A stretch of DNA of 64,000 nucleotides from Patescibacteria group bacterium (GTDB lineage Bacteria; Patescibacteriota; Minisyncoccia; Phycocordibacterales; Phycocordibacteraceae): positions 3,048 through 67,047 of the forward strand of contig JBBTSU010000005.1 of the NCBI GenBank assembly GCA_038078715.1, read 5' to 3'. The number at the start of each line of letters is the position of its first letter. Position 1 is the stretch's first letter. The notes below the pieces were generated by a model. It was not told where the DNA came from, ran no database searches, and saw only the letters and a list, made by a program, of their open reading frames with translations. Of the stretch, positions 1-8,600 are shown one piece after another. The position numbers and the translations under genes are program-made.

Positions 1-1
1 A

Positions 2-1024
2 CTCCGCTATGTTGCACGTGTACCGATTGAGCTCCATGACCGTGAGTTACTCACCATGGATATGCTTAAGGCGTTAGATGTTCTTGGTAAGAAACTTATT
101 CAAGAAGGTGCACCTGCACTCCGAAAAGCGGTAGGAAGCGGCACTATAGACAAAGTCCTCGTTTCTATTGGCTCACCCTGGCAGGACACTACAATCCGAA
201 GTGCGGTCATTGAAAAGGAGACACCATTCACGTTCACTAAATCAATCCTCCATGAGGCGGTGGAAGAGGGTGCAGAACATACGGAAGGGAGAGTCACTAC
301 CGGCGAGTATGTGATCGCTACTCTTTTGAATGGATATGAAACCAGACACCCATTTGGGAAGCAGGCAACACGTGCAGAACTAGTCATCCTTTCTTCTACG
401 ATTGAATCCTCTATGACGGAGACCGTGTTGACCTCTCTGCGACACATCTACCATACCCGTGACATTAAACTCACTGCCTTTGCACCAGTGTCGTATACCG
501 TGCTCCGAGACCTGTATCCGCACGAAAAGGACTTTATGATCGTGCATGTCTCAGGAGAATCTACCGATCTGGCACTCGTGAAGCGTGGGGTACTGGTGGA
601 CGTCGCTTCGGTGAATGGAGGGTTTAATGCACTTGCCCGTGCTGCACGAAAGGGACGCCCACTCTCTATGACGGCAGATGGAAAATCGCTCCCCGTCGGA
701 GAAGAAGAGGCACCTCTCCCAACTGCCAAAGGAGAGTGGCTCTCATCACTTGCACTTGCACTCCGAGAGTTTGCCTCTCGTCGCGCGCTTCCACGTACTC
801 TCTTTTTGCTTGCCGATGATGAGGCACGCGAGCATGTCGCTCGTATGTTGAACGATGAAGGACTCCGGTCACTTTGGCTTTCTGATGAACCGTTAACTAT
901 TATTCCGTCTCTCCCACAGCATCTCTCCTCCTACCTCACCTGCGATCAGGGCTGCGATTCTGATCTTTTCCTATCTATGCTTGCACTCTCCCTTGAGCGC
1001 ACTGCAGGCATTGCAACGACTTAG
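2..1024 (+). CDS. actin-fold ATPase of the FtsA/PilM family (5' end lies outside the window)
   Basis: The reading frame is open to the window edge (no stop upstream of the Met at 56). The segment 'MIVHVSGESTDLALVKRGVLVDVASVNGG' resembles the phosphate-2/adenosine region of FtsA/PilM/MreB-fold proteins. It is followed by a bitopic membrane protein (PilM-PilN-like arrangement) rather than ftsZ. Confidence 0.5.
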   Translation, partial: LRYVARVPIELHDRELLTMDMLKALDVLGKKLIQEGAPALRKAVGSGTIDKVLVSIGSPWQDTTIRSAVIEKETPFTFTKSILHEAVEEGAEHTEGRVTTGEYVIATLLNGYETRHPFGKQATRAELVILSSTIESSMTETVLTSLRHIYHTRDIKLTAFAPVSYTVLRDLYPHEKDFMIVHVSGESTDLALVKRGVLVDVASVNGGFNALARAARKGRPLSMTADGKSLPVGEEEAPLPTAKGEWLSSLALALREFASRRALPRTLFLLADDEAREHVARMLNDEGLRSLWLSDEPLTIIPSLPQHLSSYLTCDQGCDSDLFLSMLALSLERTAGIATT

Positions 1025-1092
1025 TCCACACGGGGAAGAGGACTCCGGGAGTAGGTGGTGTACAATTCACCCATTATCCCTAGTGTAGTTCT

Positions 1093-2319
1093 ATGCCTAA
1101 GACCATCAACGACATAATTCCACCGTCTCGCCGCCGTGCCATGGAAGCAGACCAGGTTGCCCCTCCACCAACCCGTGAACCTTCTTCCTACAGTTACTCC
1201 CGTCCTCGTCGAAAGTTCCCATGGGGATTGGTCATCGCGATTGTGGTTATTCTTGGTGTGTCTATTGGCGCACTCTACGCATTTGCCGGTGCACGAGTAG
1301 AAATCACTCCTTCGTCTGGAGACGCATCTATCTCAGGTGAGTTCACTGCGACGGCAGCTGCAGGGGAGCTCCCGTTTGAAGTGGTAACCGTAGATAAGAT
1401 TGCCGCACAGAAAGTGGAAGCAGAATCTACCGAGACGGTAACCGATGCGGCGCAGGGAACCATCACCGTCTCCAACACCTCCGGAGAGGCACAAGACTTC
1501 GTAAAGAACACTCGCTTCCAAACTCCTGATGGTCTTATTTTCAAGGCACAGACTCCTATTAGCATCCCTTCAGGCACTGCTGAGCGCCCAGGGACCGTCA
1601 ACATTACGGTCTATGCTGAGTCTCCAGGTGACCGCTATAACGTGGGTCCTACGACCTTCACCCTCCCAGGTCTTGTAGGAAGTGACCTTGGAAAACAGGT
1701 GACAGGTAAGTCCACTGAAGCGATGAGTGGGGGATTCTCGGGTACCCGTCCTTCCGTGTCTCAAGCTACTCGTGACAAACAGTACCCTAAGCTAGAAGAG
1801 GCATTGAAGCGTGATGTAGAGGAAGCAGTAAAGGCACAGGTGCCACAGGGCTACGTACTTCTTCCAGGTGCAACCTTCGTTTCCTTTAGTCCTCAGCCAG
1901 ATACTTCAAGTGCTGCAGGATCAGTAGAAGTTCGCTTGAAGGGGACGGCAACCGCAGTGATCTTCCCAGAAGATGCACTTGCACAAGCGATTGCGTACAA
2001 GTCTCTCGGCGTCTATGCTGGAGAGCCAGTAACCCTTGGGGAGGCAGGAAGTTTGACCCTCTCCGCAACTGAAGCACCTGTCGGAAACGACTTTGCCTTT
2101 AGCATTACGGGAGAGACTGAAATCCTCTGGACCGTAGATACTGAGCGTATAGGCGGTGCCGTGGCGGGTAAGAAGCGTGATGCCGCTCAGGTCATCCTTG
2201 CGGGGTACCCTGAGGTAGAACGGGCAGTGCTAATTCTTCGTCCATTCTGGACGGGATCCTTCCCCTCAGACCCCTCTGAAATAGAGGTCTCAGTCACTGA
2301 CCCAAAGGCAGCCCGCTAG
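1093..2319 (+). CDS. hypothetical bitopic membrane protein (basic N-terminal segment, one TM, large Thr/Ser/Gly-rich extracytoplasmic domain); possibly PilN/PilO-like
   Basis: 408-aa ORF; the hydrophobic span 'WGLVIAIVVILGVSIGALYAFAG' follows a basic N-terminus; no recognisable catalytic motifs. Its position after a PilM/FtsA-like gene suggests a pilus or divisome accessory role. Confidence 0.55.
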   Translation: MPKTINDIIPPSRRRAMEADQVAPPPTREPSSYSYSRPRRKFPWGLVIAIVVILGVSIGALYAFAGARVEITPSSGDASISGEFTATAAAGELPFEVVTVDKIAAQKVEAESTETVTDAAQGTITVSNTSGEAQDFVKNTRFQTPDGLIFKAQTPISIPSGTAERPGTVNITVYAESPGDRYNVGPTTFTLPGLVGSDLGKQVTGKSTEAMSGGFSGTRPSVSQATRDKQYPKLEEALKRDVEEAVKAQVPQGYVLLPGATFVSFSPQPDTSSAAGSVEVRLKGTATAVIFPEDALAQAIAYKSLGVYAGEPVTLGEAGSLTLSATEAPVGNDFAFSITGETEILWTVDTERIGGAVAGKKRDAAQVILAGYPEVERAVLILRPFWTGSFPSDPSEIEVSVTDPKAAR

Positions 2320-2326
2320 TGCTTAG

Positions 2327-2355
2327 TTGACCTTATAAACCCTATTTGTTAGAGT
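2327..2355 (+). promoter_or_regulatory. putative sigma70-type promoter of the infA-rpmJ-rpsM... operon (TTGACC-N17-TAGAGT)
   Basis: TTGACC at 2327-2332, a 17-nt spacer, TAGAGT at 2350-2355, about 15 nt upstream of the infA ATG. Confidence 0.4.
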
Positions 2356-2369
2356 AATCGGGCTACACG

Positions 2370-2582
2370 ATGGAAGAAAGCAAAGAGCCCGTGACGGGCA
2401 CCGTGGAAGAGGTGCTTCCGAATTCCTTATTCCGCGTTCGTCTCGGTTCGGGTGATCTTTTGCTTGCGTACCTTGCGGGTAAGATGCGATTGCATCGCAT
2501 TCGCGTTCTTGTAGGCGATACGGTGGAACTAGTCACCGATCCCTATGGAGGACGTGCCCGCATCGTGAGGCGCCTTAGCTAA
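2370..2582 (+). CDS. infA: translation initiation factor IF-1
   Basis: 70 aa; the S1-like OB fold segment '[32 protein letters not shown]' matches the IF-1 consensus; it heads the rpmJ-rpsM-rpsK block. Confidence 0.9.
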   Translation: MEESKEPVTGTVEEVLPNSLFRVRLGSGDLLLAYLAGKMRLHRIRVLVGDTVELVTDPYGGRARIVRRLS

Positions 2583-2586
2583 ACAC

Positions 2587-2703
2587 ATGAAAGTACGCGC
2601 ATCCGTCAAGACACAACAGCCCGGCGACATCATTGTCCGCCGTCGTGGCCGTTTGTACCGCATTAACAAGCGCAATCCTCGTCGTAAGGCGCGTCAGGGC
2701 TAA
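2587..2703 (+). CDS. rpmJ: 50S ribosomal protein L36, cysteine-free (non-zinc-ribbon, C-) form
   Basis: The 38-aa ORF '[38 protein letters not shown]' is absent from the ORF track because it is under 60 aa. It keeps the L36 start 'MKVRASVK' and the end '...KARQG' but has none of the Cys/His zinc ligands. Its position between infA and rpsM is canonical. Confidence 0.85.
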   Translation: MKVRASVKTQQPGDIIVRRRGRLYRINKRNPRRKARQG

Positions 2704-2728
2704 TTTTTAGTACGTAATTATTTTTTGC

Positions 2729-3109
2729 ATGCGTATCGCAGGCGTTACCATTCCCGACAACAAGCAGCTCGTCTACGCGCTGCCTCTTATCTTTGGTATT
2801 GGTCCTACCCGTGCCAAGGGTATTTTGAAGCAGGTGAACATTCCGTTTACCAAGAAGGGAAGCGAACTTACACCTGACGAGGAGCAGTCAATTCGCGCTG
2901 CCGCAGAATCTTTCCTCATTGAGGGAGAACTTCGCCGCGAGATCTCACAGAATGTGAAGCGTTTGAAGGACATTCAGTCAGCACGCGGTTCTCGCCATGC
3001 CCGCCGCCTTCCGGTAAAGGGACAGCGCACCAAGACGAACTCACGCACGGTGCGTGGCAATACTCGTAAGACCATGGGTTCTGGTCGCCGTACGCTTGAA
3101 AAGACATAA
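2729..3109 (+). CDS. rpsM: 30S ribosomal protein S13
   Basis: The N-terminus 'MRIAGVTIPDNKQLVYALPLIFGIGPTRAKGIL' is a classic S13 start; basic C-tail. Confidence 0.95.
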   Translation: MRIAGVTIPDNKQLVYALPLIFGIGPTRAKGILKQVNIPFTKKGSELTPDEEQSIRAAAESFLIEGELRREISQNVKRLKDIQSARGSRHARRLPVKGQRTKTNSRTVRGNTRKTMGSGRRTLEKT

Positions 3110-3114
3110 TTCAT

Positions 3115-3549
3115 ATGGGTAAGAAACGAATCATCAAAAAGTCAGGACGCGGACTCGACCAGGGTCGTAAGGAGCGTGCACTCTCAAAAGCAGCAAAGCG
3201 CCGTCTTGAGAAGGGCATCTTCCATGTTGAGGCTACCTTCAACAACACCAAGTGTGTGCTTACGGACGAGAAGGGTAACGTGGTTATGTCTTCTTCTTCA
3301 GGTGCTCTTGGTTTCTCTGGCGCACGTAAGTCAACGCCGTACGCAGCGGCAAAGGTTGGTGAGCTTATCGGCGAGAAGGCAATGGCCATCGGTCTTAAGG
3401 AAGCAACCGTTATCATCCGCGGTATTGGTGCAGGACGTGAGTCCGCACTTCGCGCATTCTCAGGAAAGGGCATCCAGATTAAGTCAATTAAGGATCAGAC
3501 GCCGGTTCCTCATAACGGACCTCGTCCTCCTAAGGCACGTCGCGTATAA
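3115..3549 (+). CDS. rpsK: 30S ribosomal protein S11
   Basis: The segments 'GIFHVEATFNNTKCVLTDEKGNVV...SSGALGFSGARKSTPYAAAKVGE' match the S11 family. Confidence 0.95.
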   Translation: MGKKRIIKKSGRGLDQGRKERALSKAAKRRLEKGIFHVEATFNNTKCVLTDEKGNVVMSSSSGALGFSGARKSTPYAAAKVGELIGEKAMAIGLKEATVIIRGIGAGRESALRAFSGKGIQIKSIKDQTPVPHNGPRPPKARRV

Positions 3550-3555
3550 ACTCAT

Positions 3556-4161
3556 ATGAAAATTGGACCAAAGTATAAAATTGCTCGTCGTCTCGGACCT
3601 ATCTTCGAGAAGACACAGACCCAAAAGTTTGCGATTGCACAGGAGCGCTCAACACCTAAGGGCAAGCGCCCAAAGCAGCACACCGAATACGGTAAGCAGC
3701 TTCTTGAGAAGCAGAAGGTACGTCTTACCTACGGTCTTTCCGAACGCCAGTTTGGTAACTATGTAGAGGAAGCAATGACCACCAAGGGCTCTACTCCTGT
3801 TGATACGCTCCACCGCCTTCTTGAGACTCGTCTTGATAACGTTGTGTACCGCCTCGGCCTTGCGCCGACGCGTCGTGCCGCTCGCCAGATGGTTTCTCAT
3901 GGTCACATCACCGTAAATGGCACGAAGACCACCGTTCCTTCTCGTCGTGTCGCTCTCACTGATCGCATTGCGGTTCGTGGCGGCAGCAAGTCTGCAGGGT
4001 ACTTCGTGAGCTTCGAAGAGAAGTTCATGGAGCGCCAGCTCCCATCCTGGCTTTCGTGGAATCCGAAAGACATGGAGGGTGGCCTTTCGGATATGCCGAA
4101 CGCAGAGAACGCACCGGTGGCGGGAGACCTCATCGCTGTGCTCTCGTTCTACAGCCGTTAA
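3556..4161 (+). CDS. rpsD: 30S ribosomal protein S4
   Basis: N-terminus 'MKIGPKYKIARRLG' plus an S4 RNA-binding domain ('LDNVVYRLGLAPTRRAARQMVSHGHITVNG'). Confidence 0.95.
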   Translation: MKIGPKYKIARRLGPIFEKTQTQKFAIAQERSTPKGKRPKQHTEYGKQLLEKQKVRLTYGLSERQFGNYVEEAMTTKGSTPVDTLHRLLETRLDNVVYRLGLAPTRRAARQMVSHGHITVNGTKTTVPSRRVALTDRIAVRGGSKSAGYFVSFEEKFMERQLPSWLSWNPKDMEGGLSDMPNAENAPVAGDLIAVLSFYSR

Positions 4162-4194
4162 TTTTTATTCACTACAGGTAATTACGATTGAGTT

Positions 4195-5136
4195 ATGGAA
4201 TACCACATCACACTTCCTTCAAAGCCGCGCGTTGTATCAGAAGAGGGCGTTCAGGGGACTTATGAGATTGATTCTCTTTACCCAGGCTACGGCCACACCC
4301 TCGGCAACTCACTTCGTCGCATTATTCTTTCTTCACTTTCTGGCGCAACCGTTACGTCAGTAAAGATTGAGGACGTACAGCACGAATTCTCAACGATTGA
4401 GGGTGTGCGCGAGTCCGTCATGGAGATTCTTCTTAACCTTAAGCGCGTGCACTTCGTGCTTCAGGGTGATGAGCCTCAGACGGTTCGTCTTTCAGTAAAG
4501 GGTCCTAAGACCGTTACCGCAGGGGATTTCACCCTTCCAACCCAGGTCTCTATCGCAAATCCAGATGTACACATTGCAGACATCTCTGGAAAGGTAGGTC
4601 TTGAACTTGAAGCAACCATTGAGCGTGGTCTTGGCTACGTACCTCGTGAGCAGCTCACCAAGGAGAAGGTAGACATCGGTACCATTGCACTAGATGCCAC
4701 CTTCACCCCAATTCGCCGTGTGAACTACGAAGTAGAGAACATGCGCGTCGGTGATCGTACTGACTTCAACCGTCTCAAAATTCTTATTGAGACCAACGGC
4801 ACCATCACTCCTCGTGAGGCGCTTGAGAAGTCTATTGAGATCATGATCCACCAGCTTAAGGCTGTCATTGGTTTCCAGGAGGAGACTGAAGATGAGGATG
4901 TTCCTATGATGGGATCCGCTTCTGAGAAGAAGGATGCGTCAAAGCTCAAGGTTGCTGATCTTGGTCTTTCCGCTCGCATTGTTTCCTCACTTGAGGACGC
5001 AGGCATTAAGTCTGCTGCAGGTCTTGCCCGCAAAACGGCTTCTGCACTTAAGGAGCTAGATGGCATTGGGGAGAAGGCCGTCACTGAAATTGAGGAGGCA
5101 TTGTCCCTTGTCGGACTCTCCTTGAAGGGCGAATAA
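4195..5136 (+). CDS. rpoA: DNA-directed RNA polymerase subunit alpha
   Basis: 313 aa; the N-terminal dimerisation domain 'GYGHTLGNSLRRIILSSLSGA' and the C-terminal domain HhH segment 'LGLSARIVSSLEDAGIKSAAGL'. Confidence 0.95.
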   Translation: MEYHITLPSKPRVVSEEGVQGTYEIDSLYPGYGHTLGNSLRRIILSSLSGATVTSVKIEDVQHEFSTIEGVRESVMEILLNLKRVHFVLQGDEPQTVRLSVKGPKTVTAGDFTLPTQVSIANPDVHIADISGKVGLELEATIERGLGYVPREQLTKEKVDIGTIALDATFTPIRRVNYEVENMRVGDRTDFNRLKILIETNGTITPREALEKSIEIMIHQLKAVIGFQEETEDEDVPMMGSASEKKDASKLKVADLGLSARIVSSLEDAGIKSAAGLARKTASALKELDGIGEKAVTEIEEALSLVGLSLKGE

Positions 5137-5144
5137 TCACTGGT

Positions 5145-5495
5145 ATGGCTCACGCAAATAAGAAACGCTCATTTGGACGCACGCACGATCAGAAGGTCGC
5201 GCTCATGAAGTCCCTTCTACGCTCTCTCGTTATTCACGAGCGTATCTCTACGACCGATGCAAAGGCTCGAGAGCTTCGCCCGATGATTGAGAAGATGGTC
5301 ACCCGTGCAAAGACCGATACAGTGGCAAACCGCCGCCTTATCGCGTCTCGCATTGGCGACGCAGATGCAGTGAAGAAGCTCTTCACGGCGATTGGTCCTC
5401 GTTACAAGGGACGTGCTGGTGGCTACACCCGCATCGTGAAGCGCCCCGTTGGTCCTACCGGACGCAAGATGGCGTATATTGCATTCGTTGATTAA
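5145..5495 (+). CDS. rplQ: 50S ribosomal protein L17
   Basis: Segments 'RSFGRTHDQKVALMKSLLRSLVIHERISTTDAKAREL' and 'GGYTRIVK' match the L17 family. Confidence 0.95.
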   Translation: MAHANKKRSFGRTHDQKVALMKSLLRSLVIHERISTTDAKARELRPMIEKMVTRAKTDTVANRRLIASRIGDADAVKKLFTAIGPRYKGRAGGYTRIVKRPVGPTGRKMAYIAFVD

Positions 5496-5502
5496 ATCCC
5501 CT

Positions 5503-5904
5503 ATGAACATTCGAATGCACAAAGATGACCGAAACCGTATCGCGCACAATGTTGCGCCTATGGAATACACTGTTGACGCAAAGGGCCGTACCCTTGGCCG
5601 TGTGGCAAGTGAAGCTGCACACGCACTCCTTGGAAAGAAGAGCACTTCATTCGTGAAGAACAAGGTGCTCCCAGTACAGGTGACCATTGTGAACGCCAAG
5701 AAGCTTATGATCCGCGAGAAGATGCTCAAGGAGAAGACCTACCGCCGTTACACTGGCTACCCAGGTGGTCTCCGCGAGATGACACTTGCTGAATTTATTG
5801 AGAAGAAGGGAATTGCAGAAGTCCTCAAGAAGACGGTGGATGGTATGCTTCCTCGCAACCGCCTCCGGAAGGAACGCATGAAGCGTCTTACCGTAAACGA
5901 TTAA
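5503..5904 (+). CDS. rplM: 50S ribosomal protein L13
   Basis: The segment 'EYTVDAKGRTLGRVASEAAHALLGKK' aligns with the L13 N-terminus. The start is chosen at the ATG at 5503, just after the rplQ stop; the track ORF start at 5449 would overlap rplQ. Confidence 0.85.
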   Translation: MNIRMHKDDRNRIAHNVAPMEYTVDAKGRTLGRVASEAAHALLGKKSTSFVKNKVLPVQVTIVNAKKLMIREKMLKEKTYRRYTGYPGGLREMTLAEFIEKKGIAEVLKKTVDGMLPRNRLRKERMKRLTVND

Positions 5905-5908
5905 TACT

Positions 5909-6307
5909 ATGCCTGAACTTACGTACACTACCGCCGTCGGCCGTCGCAAAACTGCTACCGCCCGCGTGAAGCTCACCCCAGCTGCAAAGACCACTGTGAC
6001 GGTCAACGGCAAACCAGGAGATGAGTACTTCAATACTGGCGAGCGCCGCCTCACTGCCCGTGAAGCCCTTCACATTGAAGGCGTAGAAGGGAATTTTGAG
6101 ATTGTGGCTCGTGTCTCTGGTGGAGGCATCAATGCACAGTCAGAAGCCGTTCGTATGGCAGTGGCTCGTGCACTTGAGAAGCGTGACTTGGGACTTCGTA
6201 AGAACCTCAAAGCCGCAGGATTCTTGAAGCGCGACCCTCGTGCCGTAGAGCGCAAGAAGCCAGGTCTGTTGAAAGCTCGCAAGCGACCATCCTGGTCCAA
6301 GCGTTAA
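5909..6307 (+). CDS. rpsI: 30S ribosomal protein S9
   Basis: Segment 'YTTAVGRRKTATARVKL...GGGINAQSEAVRMAVARAL' and the C-terminal '...RKRPSWSKR'. Confidence 0.95.
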   Translation: MPELTYTTAVGRRKTATARVKLTPAAKTTVTVNGKPGDEYFNTGERRLTAREALHIEGVEGNFEIVARVSGGGINAQSEAVRMAVARALEKRDLGLRKNLKAAGFLKRDPRAVERKKPGLLKARKRPSWSKR

Positions 6308-6314
6308 TACAGAA

Positions 6315-6338
6315 GCCCGCCGATATGGCGGGTTTTTG
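6315..6338 (+). terminator. rho-independent terminator of the ribosomal operon
   Basis: Stem 'cccgcc'(6316-6321)/'ggcggg'(6327-6332), followed by the T-run 'ttttt'. Confidence 0.7.
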
Positions 6339-6354
6339 CTATATACTTTCTTCC

Positions 6355-7071
6355 ATGACGGAAGGTCCACAAAAACTACGCATGCAGCGTTCTCCGAAAA
6401 GTACTCGGTCTGAAACGCTTATCCTTAAGGACGGAAAGAAGATTTCCGCAGGCGGAGGAATGGCGACGGGTGGTGTGTTCCAGGCAGAAGGACAATTTGA
6501 AGGGGATTGGCGACGACGAAAGATGCCGGTGGTCATCAAAGCCTACGAACGTTCTGGTCACGAGATCTTTCCTTCCATTGCCGAGACGCATAAGTCCGCG
6601 CTTAAAGATAAGATCCGTGTCCCTCGTACCCTTCGCTATAACGTAGAGGAGGGAATGATCGTGCTTACCGATCTGAATGCACGGGGCCATGTCGCGCTTT
6701 CGTTTAACAACCCCTCTGAGCTTATTGCAGAAAACTCCTTGACCGAACTCCCGGGGTTTGAACAGACGGCAAAGGATATCTTTACGCACGCAGCGTATGC
6801 AGCATCAAAAAACTACGCCATTCTTGCGGACGGGTATTTCGTTATGGTACCTACCAAGGAAAAAGAGAAAACTGATTTTGTGGTAGGGGATCTCCAAAGC
6901 TTGGTTAAGCGTACAGAACCAGATCCTCCCGGCATGTCGCTTCGGGTGTATAACCTGAAGGGAGCTCGTCGGTTTCTAGACGGTTTTTGTAGGATATGGC
7001 TCACTGAGGATGTTCAGGAGCGATACCTAGACATGATTGAAAAGATTGAGGCAGGCATTCCTCTAAAATAG
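6355..7071 (+). CDS. hypothetical protein; weak protein-kinase-like (Kdo/RIO-type) motif pattern
   Basis: The ORF's first ATG (6325) lies inside the terminator hairpin. The ATG at 6355 sits 7 nt after a TATACT -10 box (6342-6347), i.e. a leaderless start. Motifs 'VVIKAY' (VAIK-like), 'LTDLNARGHV' and 'FVVGDLQS' loosely recall atypical kinase folds. Confidence 0.5.
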   Translation: MTEGPQKLRMQRSPKSTRSETLILKDGKKISAGGGMATGGVFQAEGQFEGDWRRRKMPVVIKAYERSGHEIFPSIAETHKSALKDKIRVPRTLRYNVEEGMIVLTDLNARGHVALSFNNPSELIAENSLTELPGFEQTAKDIFTHAAYAASKNYAILADGYFVMVPTKEKEKTDFVVGDLQSLVKRTEPDPPGMSLRVYNLKGARRFLDGFCRIWLTEDVQERYLDMIEKIEAGIPLK

Positions 7072-7080
7072 TGCTATACT
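7072..7080 (+). promoter_or_regulatory. extended -10 element TGCTATACT upstream of purF
   Basis: TGn plus TATACT, 14 nt before the purF ATG; the same 9-mer occurs upstream of cysS. Confidence 0.4.
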
Positions 7081-7094
7081 AGCTTCATAACACC

Positions 7095-8561
7095 ATGTGT
7101 GGCGTCATTGGTATTTCTTCCCGTAAGCCTGTCTCGGGAGAACTATATGAAGGCCTCATCAACCTCCAGCATCGGGGGCAGGATTCAACAGGTATCGCCA
7201 CCTTCAACGGTCGTTTCCATGTGGTACGCGGCGTCGGTTACGTACGTGAGGCATACAACCAGGCATCCTTTGACGAACTCGTCGGTAACATAGGCATCGG
7301 ACAAACCCGCTACTCTACGGCGGGTTCTGCGCATAATGTGGGAAACGCCCAGCCATTCATCACAAACTCTGCCTACGGTATTGCGCTCGTCCATAACGGA
7401 AACCTCACGAACTACCCTGAGCTTCGTAAGGAACTTCAGGAACAGGACCATTTCCATTGCAATTCAGACTCCGATACTGAGGCACTTCTTGGTGTGCTTG
7501 CGACTGAGATAGAGAAGGCGGGAAATTCTCCTGAGTTCTTTGACATCCTGTCAGCTGCGATGGAGAAGGTGTACGCGCGAGTGCGCGGAGGATACGCAGT
7601 CGTCGCCGTTATTGCTGGAAAGGGACTGATCGCATTCCGTGATCCAAACGGTATTCGTCCTCTTGTCATGGGAGAGCGTAATGGAGACGGAGGAAAGGAC
7701 TATGTCTTTGCCTCAGAGAACACGCCGTTTACTCCGCTTGGCTATGAATATGCAGGAGATGTGGGTGCAGGTGAACTCGTGTTTGTGACCACCGAAGGGA
7801 AGATGCACCGCAAGAAGATTGTGGATCGTGAGTTTACCCCTGACGTCTTTGAGTACGTGTACTTTGCTCGTCCTGACGCCGTCTTGAACAATGTGTCCGT
7901 GTATCGTGCTCGTCTTCGCATGGGACAGAATCTTGCCGCACGCTGGAAGGAACTGCACCCAAATGTCACTCCTGATCTTGTGGTTCCTGTGCCATTTACC
8001 TCTAATCCTATTGCGCTTGCCTTTGCACACGAGATTGGCGTGCGGTATTCAGAAGCGCTTTATCGAAACATCTTTATCGGTCGTACCTTCATCATGCCGG
8101 GACAGGAGAATCGTGCAAAGTCAGTGCGTCGCAAGCTCTCTCCACAAGCCATTGAGCTTGAAGGAAAGGATGTGCTTCTCGTAGATGACTCTATTGTCCG
8201 CGGTACTACCACTCGTGAAGTGATTGATATGGTGCGCAAGGCTGGAGCTCGTAAGGTGTACTTTGCCTCTGCCTGTCCTCCCATCATGTACCCCGACTTC
8301 TACGGTATTGATATTCCTACCAAGGATGAGCTTATTGCCGCCAAGAAGACTCCGGACGAGATTCGTGACTTCATTGGTGCTGACATCATGGTCTATCAAA
8401 CCATTGATGGACTCTCTGAAGCAATTCTTCGTCGTGGCGAACACGAGATTGATCGTCTTTCTATGCCATATCTAGATGGCTGGTATGTAACTGGTGATAT
8501 TGATGAGGGTCGTATGGAAGAGGTCAAGAAGTCTCGTACTGAAGAGCGTGCATACGACTAG
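7095..8561 (+). CDS. purF: amidophosphoribosyltransferase (glutamine-PRPP amidotransferase)
   Basis: N-terminal nucleophile 'MCGVIGI' (class II glutamine amidotransferase) and the PRTase motif 'VLLVDDSIVRGTT'. Confidence 0.85.
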   Translation: MCGVIGISSRKPVSGELYEGLINLQHRGQDSTGIATFNGRFHVVRGVGYVREAYNQASFDELVGNIGIGQTRYSTAGSAHNVGNAQPFITNSAYGIALVHNGNLTNYPELRKELQEQDHFHCNSDSDTEALLGVLATEIEKAGNSPEFFDILSAAMEKVYARVRGGYAVVAVIAGKGLIAFRDPNGIRPLVMGERNGDGGKDYVFASENTPFTPLGYEYAGDVGAGELVFVTTEGKMHRKKIVDREFTPDVFEYVYFARPDAVLNNVSVYRARLRMGQNLAARWKELHPNVTPDLVVPVPFTSNPIALAFAHEIGVRYSEALYRNIFIGRTFIMPGQENRAKSVRRKLSPQAIELEGKDVLLVDDSIVRGTTTREVIDMVRKAGARKVYFASACPPIMYPDFYGIDIPTKDELIAAKKTPDEIRDFIGADIMVYQTIDGLSEAILRRGEHEIDRLSMPYLDGWYVTGDIDEGRMEEVKKSRTEERAYD

Positions 8562-8565
8562 TGTT

Positions 8566-8594
8566 TTGACTCTCCGTCCCTGTTCAGGCATATT
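8566..8594 (+). promoter_or_regulatory. putative promoter of grpE (TTGACT-N17-CATATT), leaderless geometry
   Basis: The -10 box ends 6 nt before the grpE ATG at 8601. Confidence 0.3.
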
Positions 8595-8600
8595 CTCTAT

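Noticed and set aside
5217-5729. 170-aa minus-strand ORF antisense to rplQ/rplM. The same applies to many other antisense ORFs such as 46447..47022, 10593..10868, 53493..53918 and 54122..54826.
   Set aside because: They lie entirely inside, and antisense to, highly conserved genes. Their products are Arg/Ser/Cys-rich with low complexity, typical of shadow ORFs in GC-rich coding sequence.
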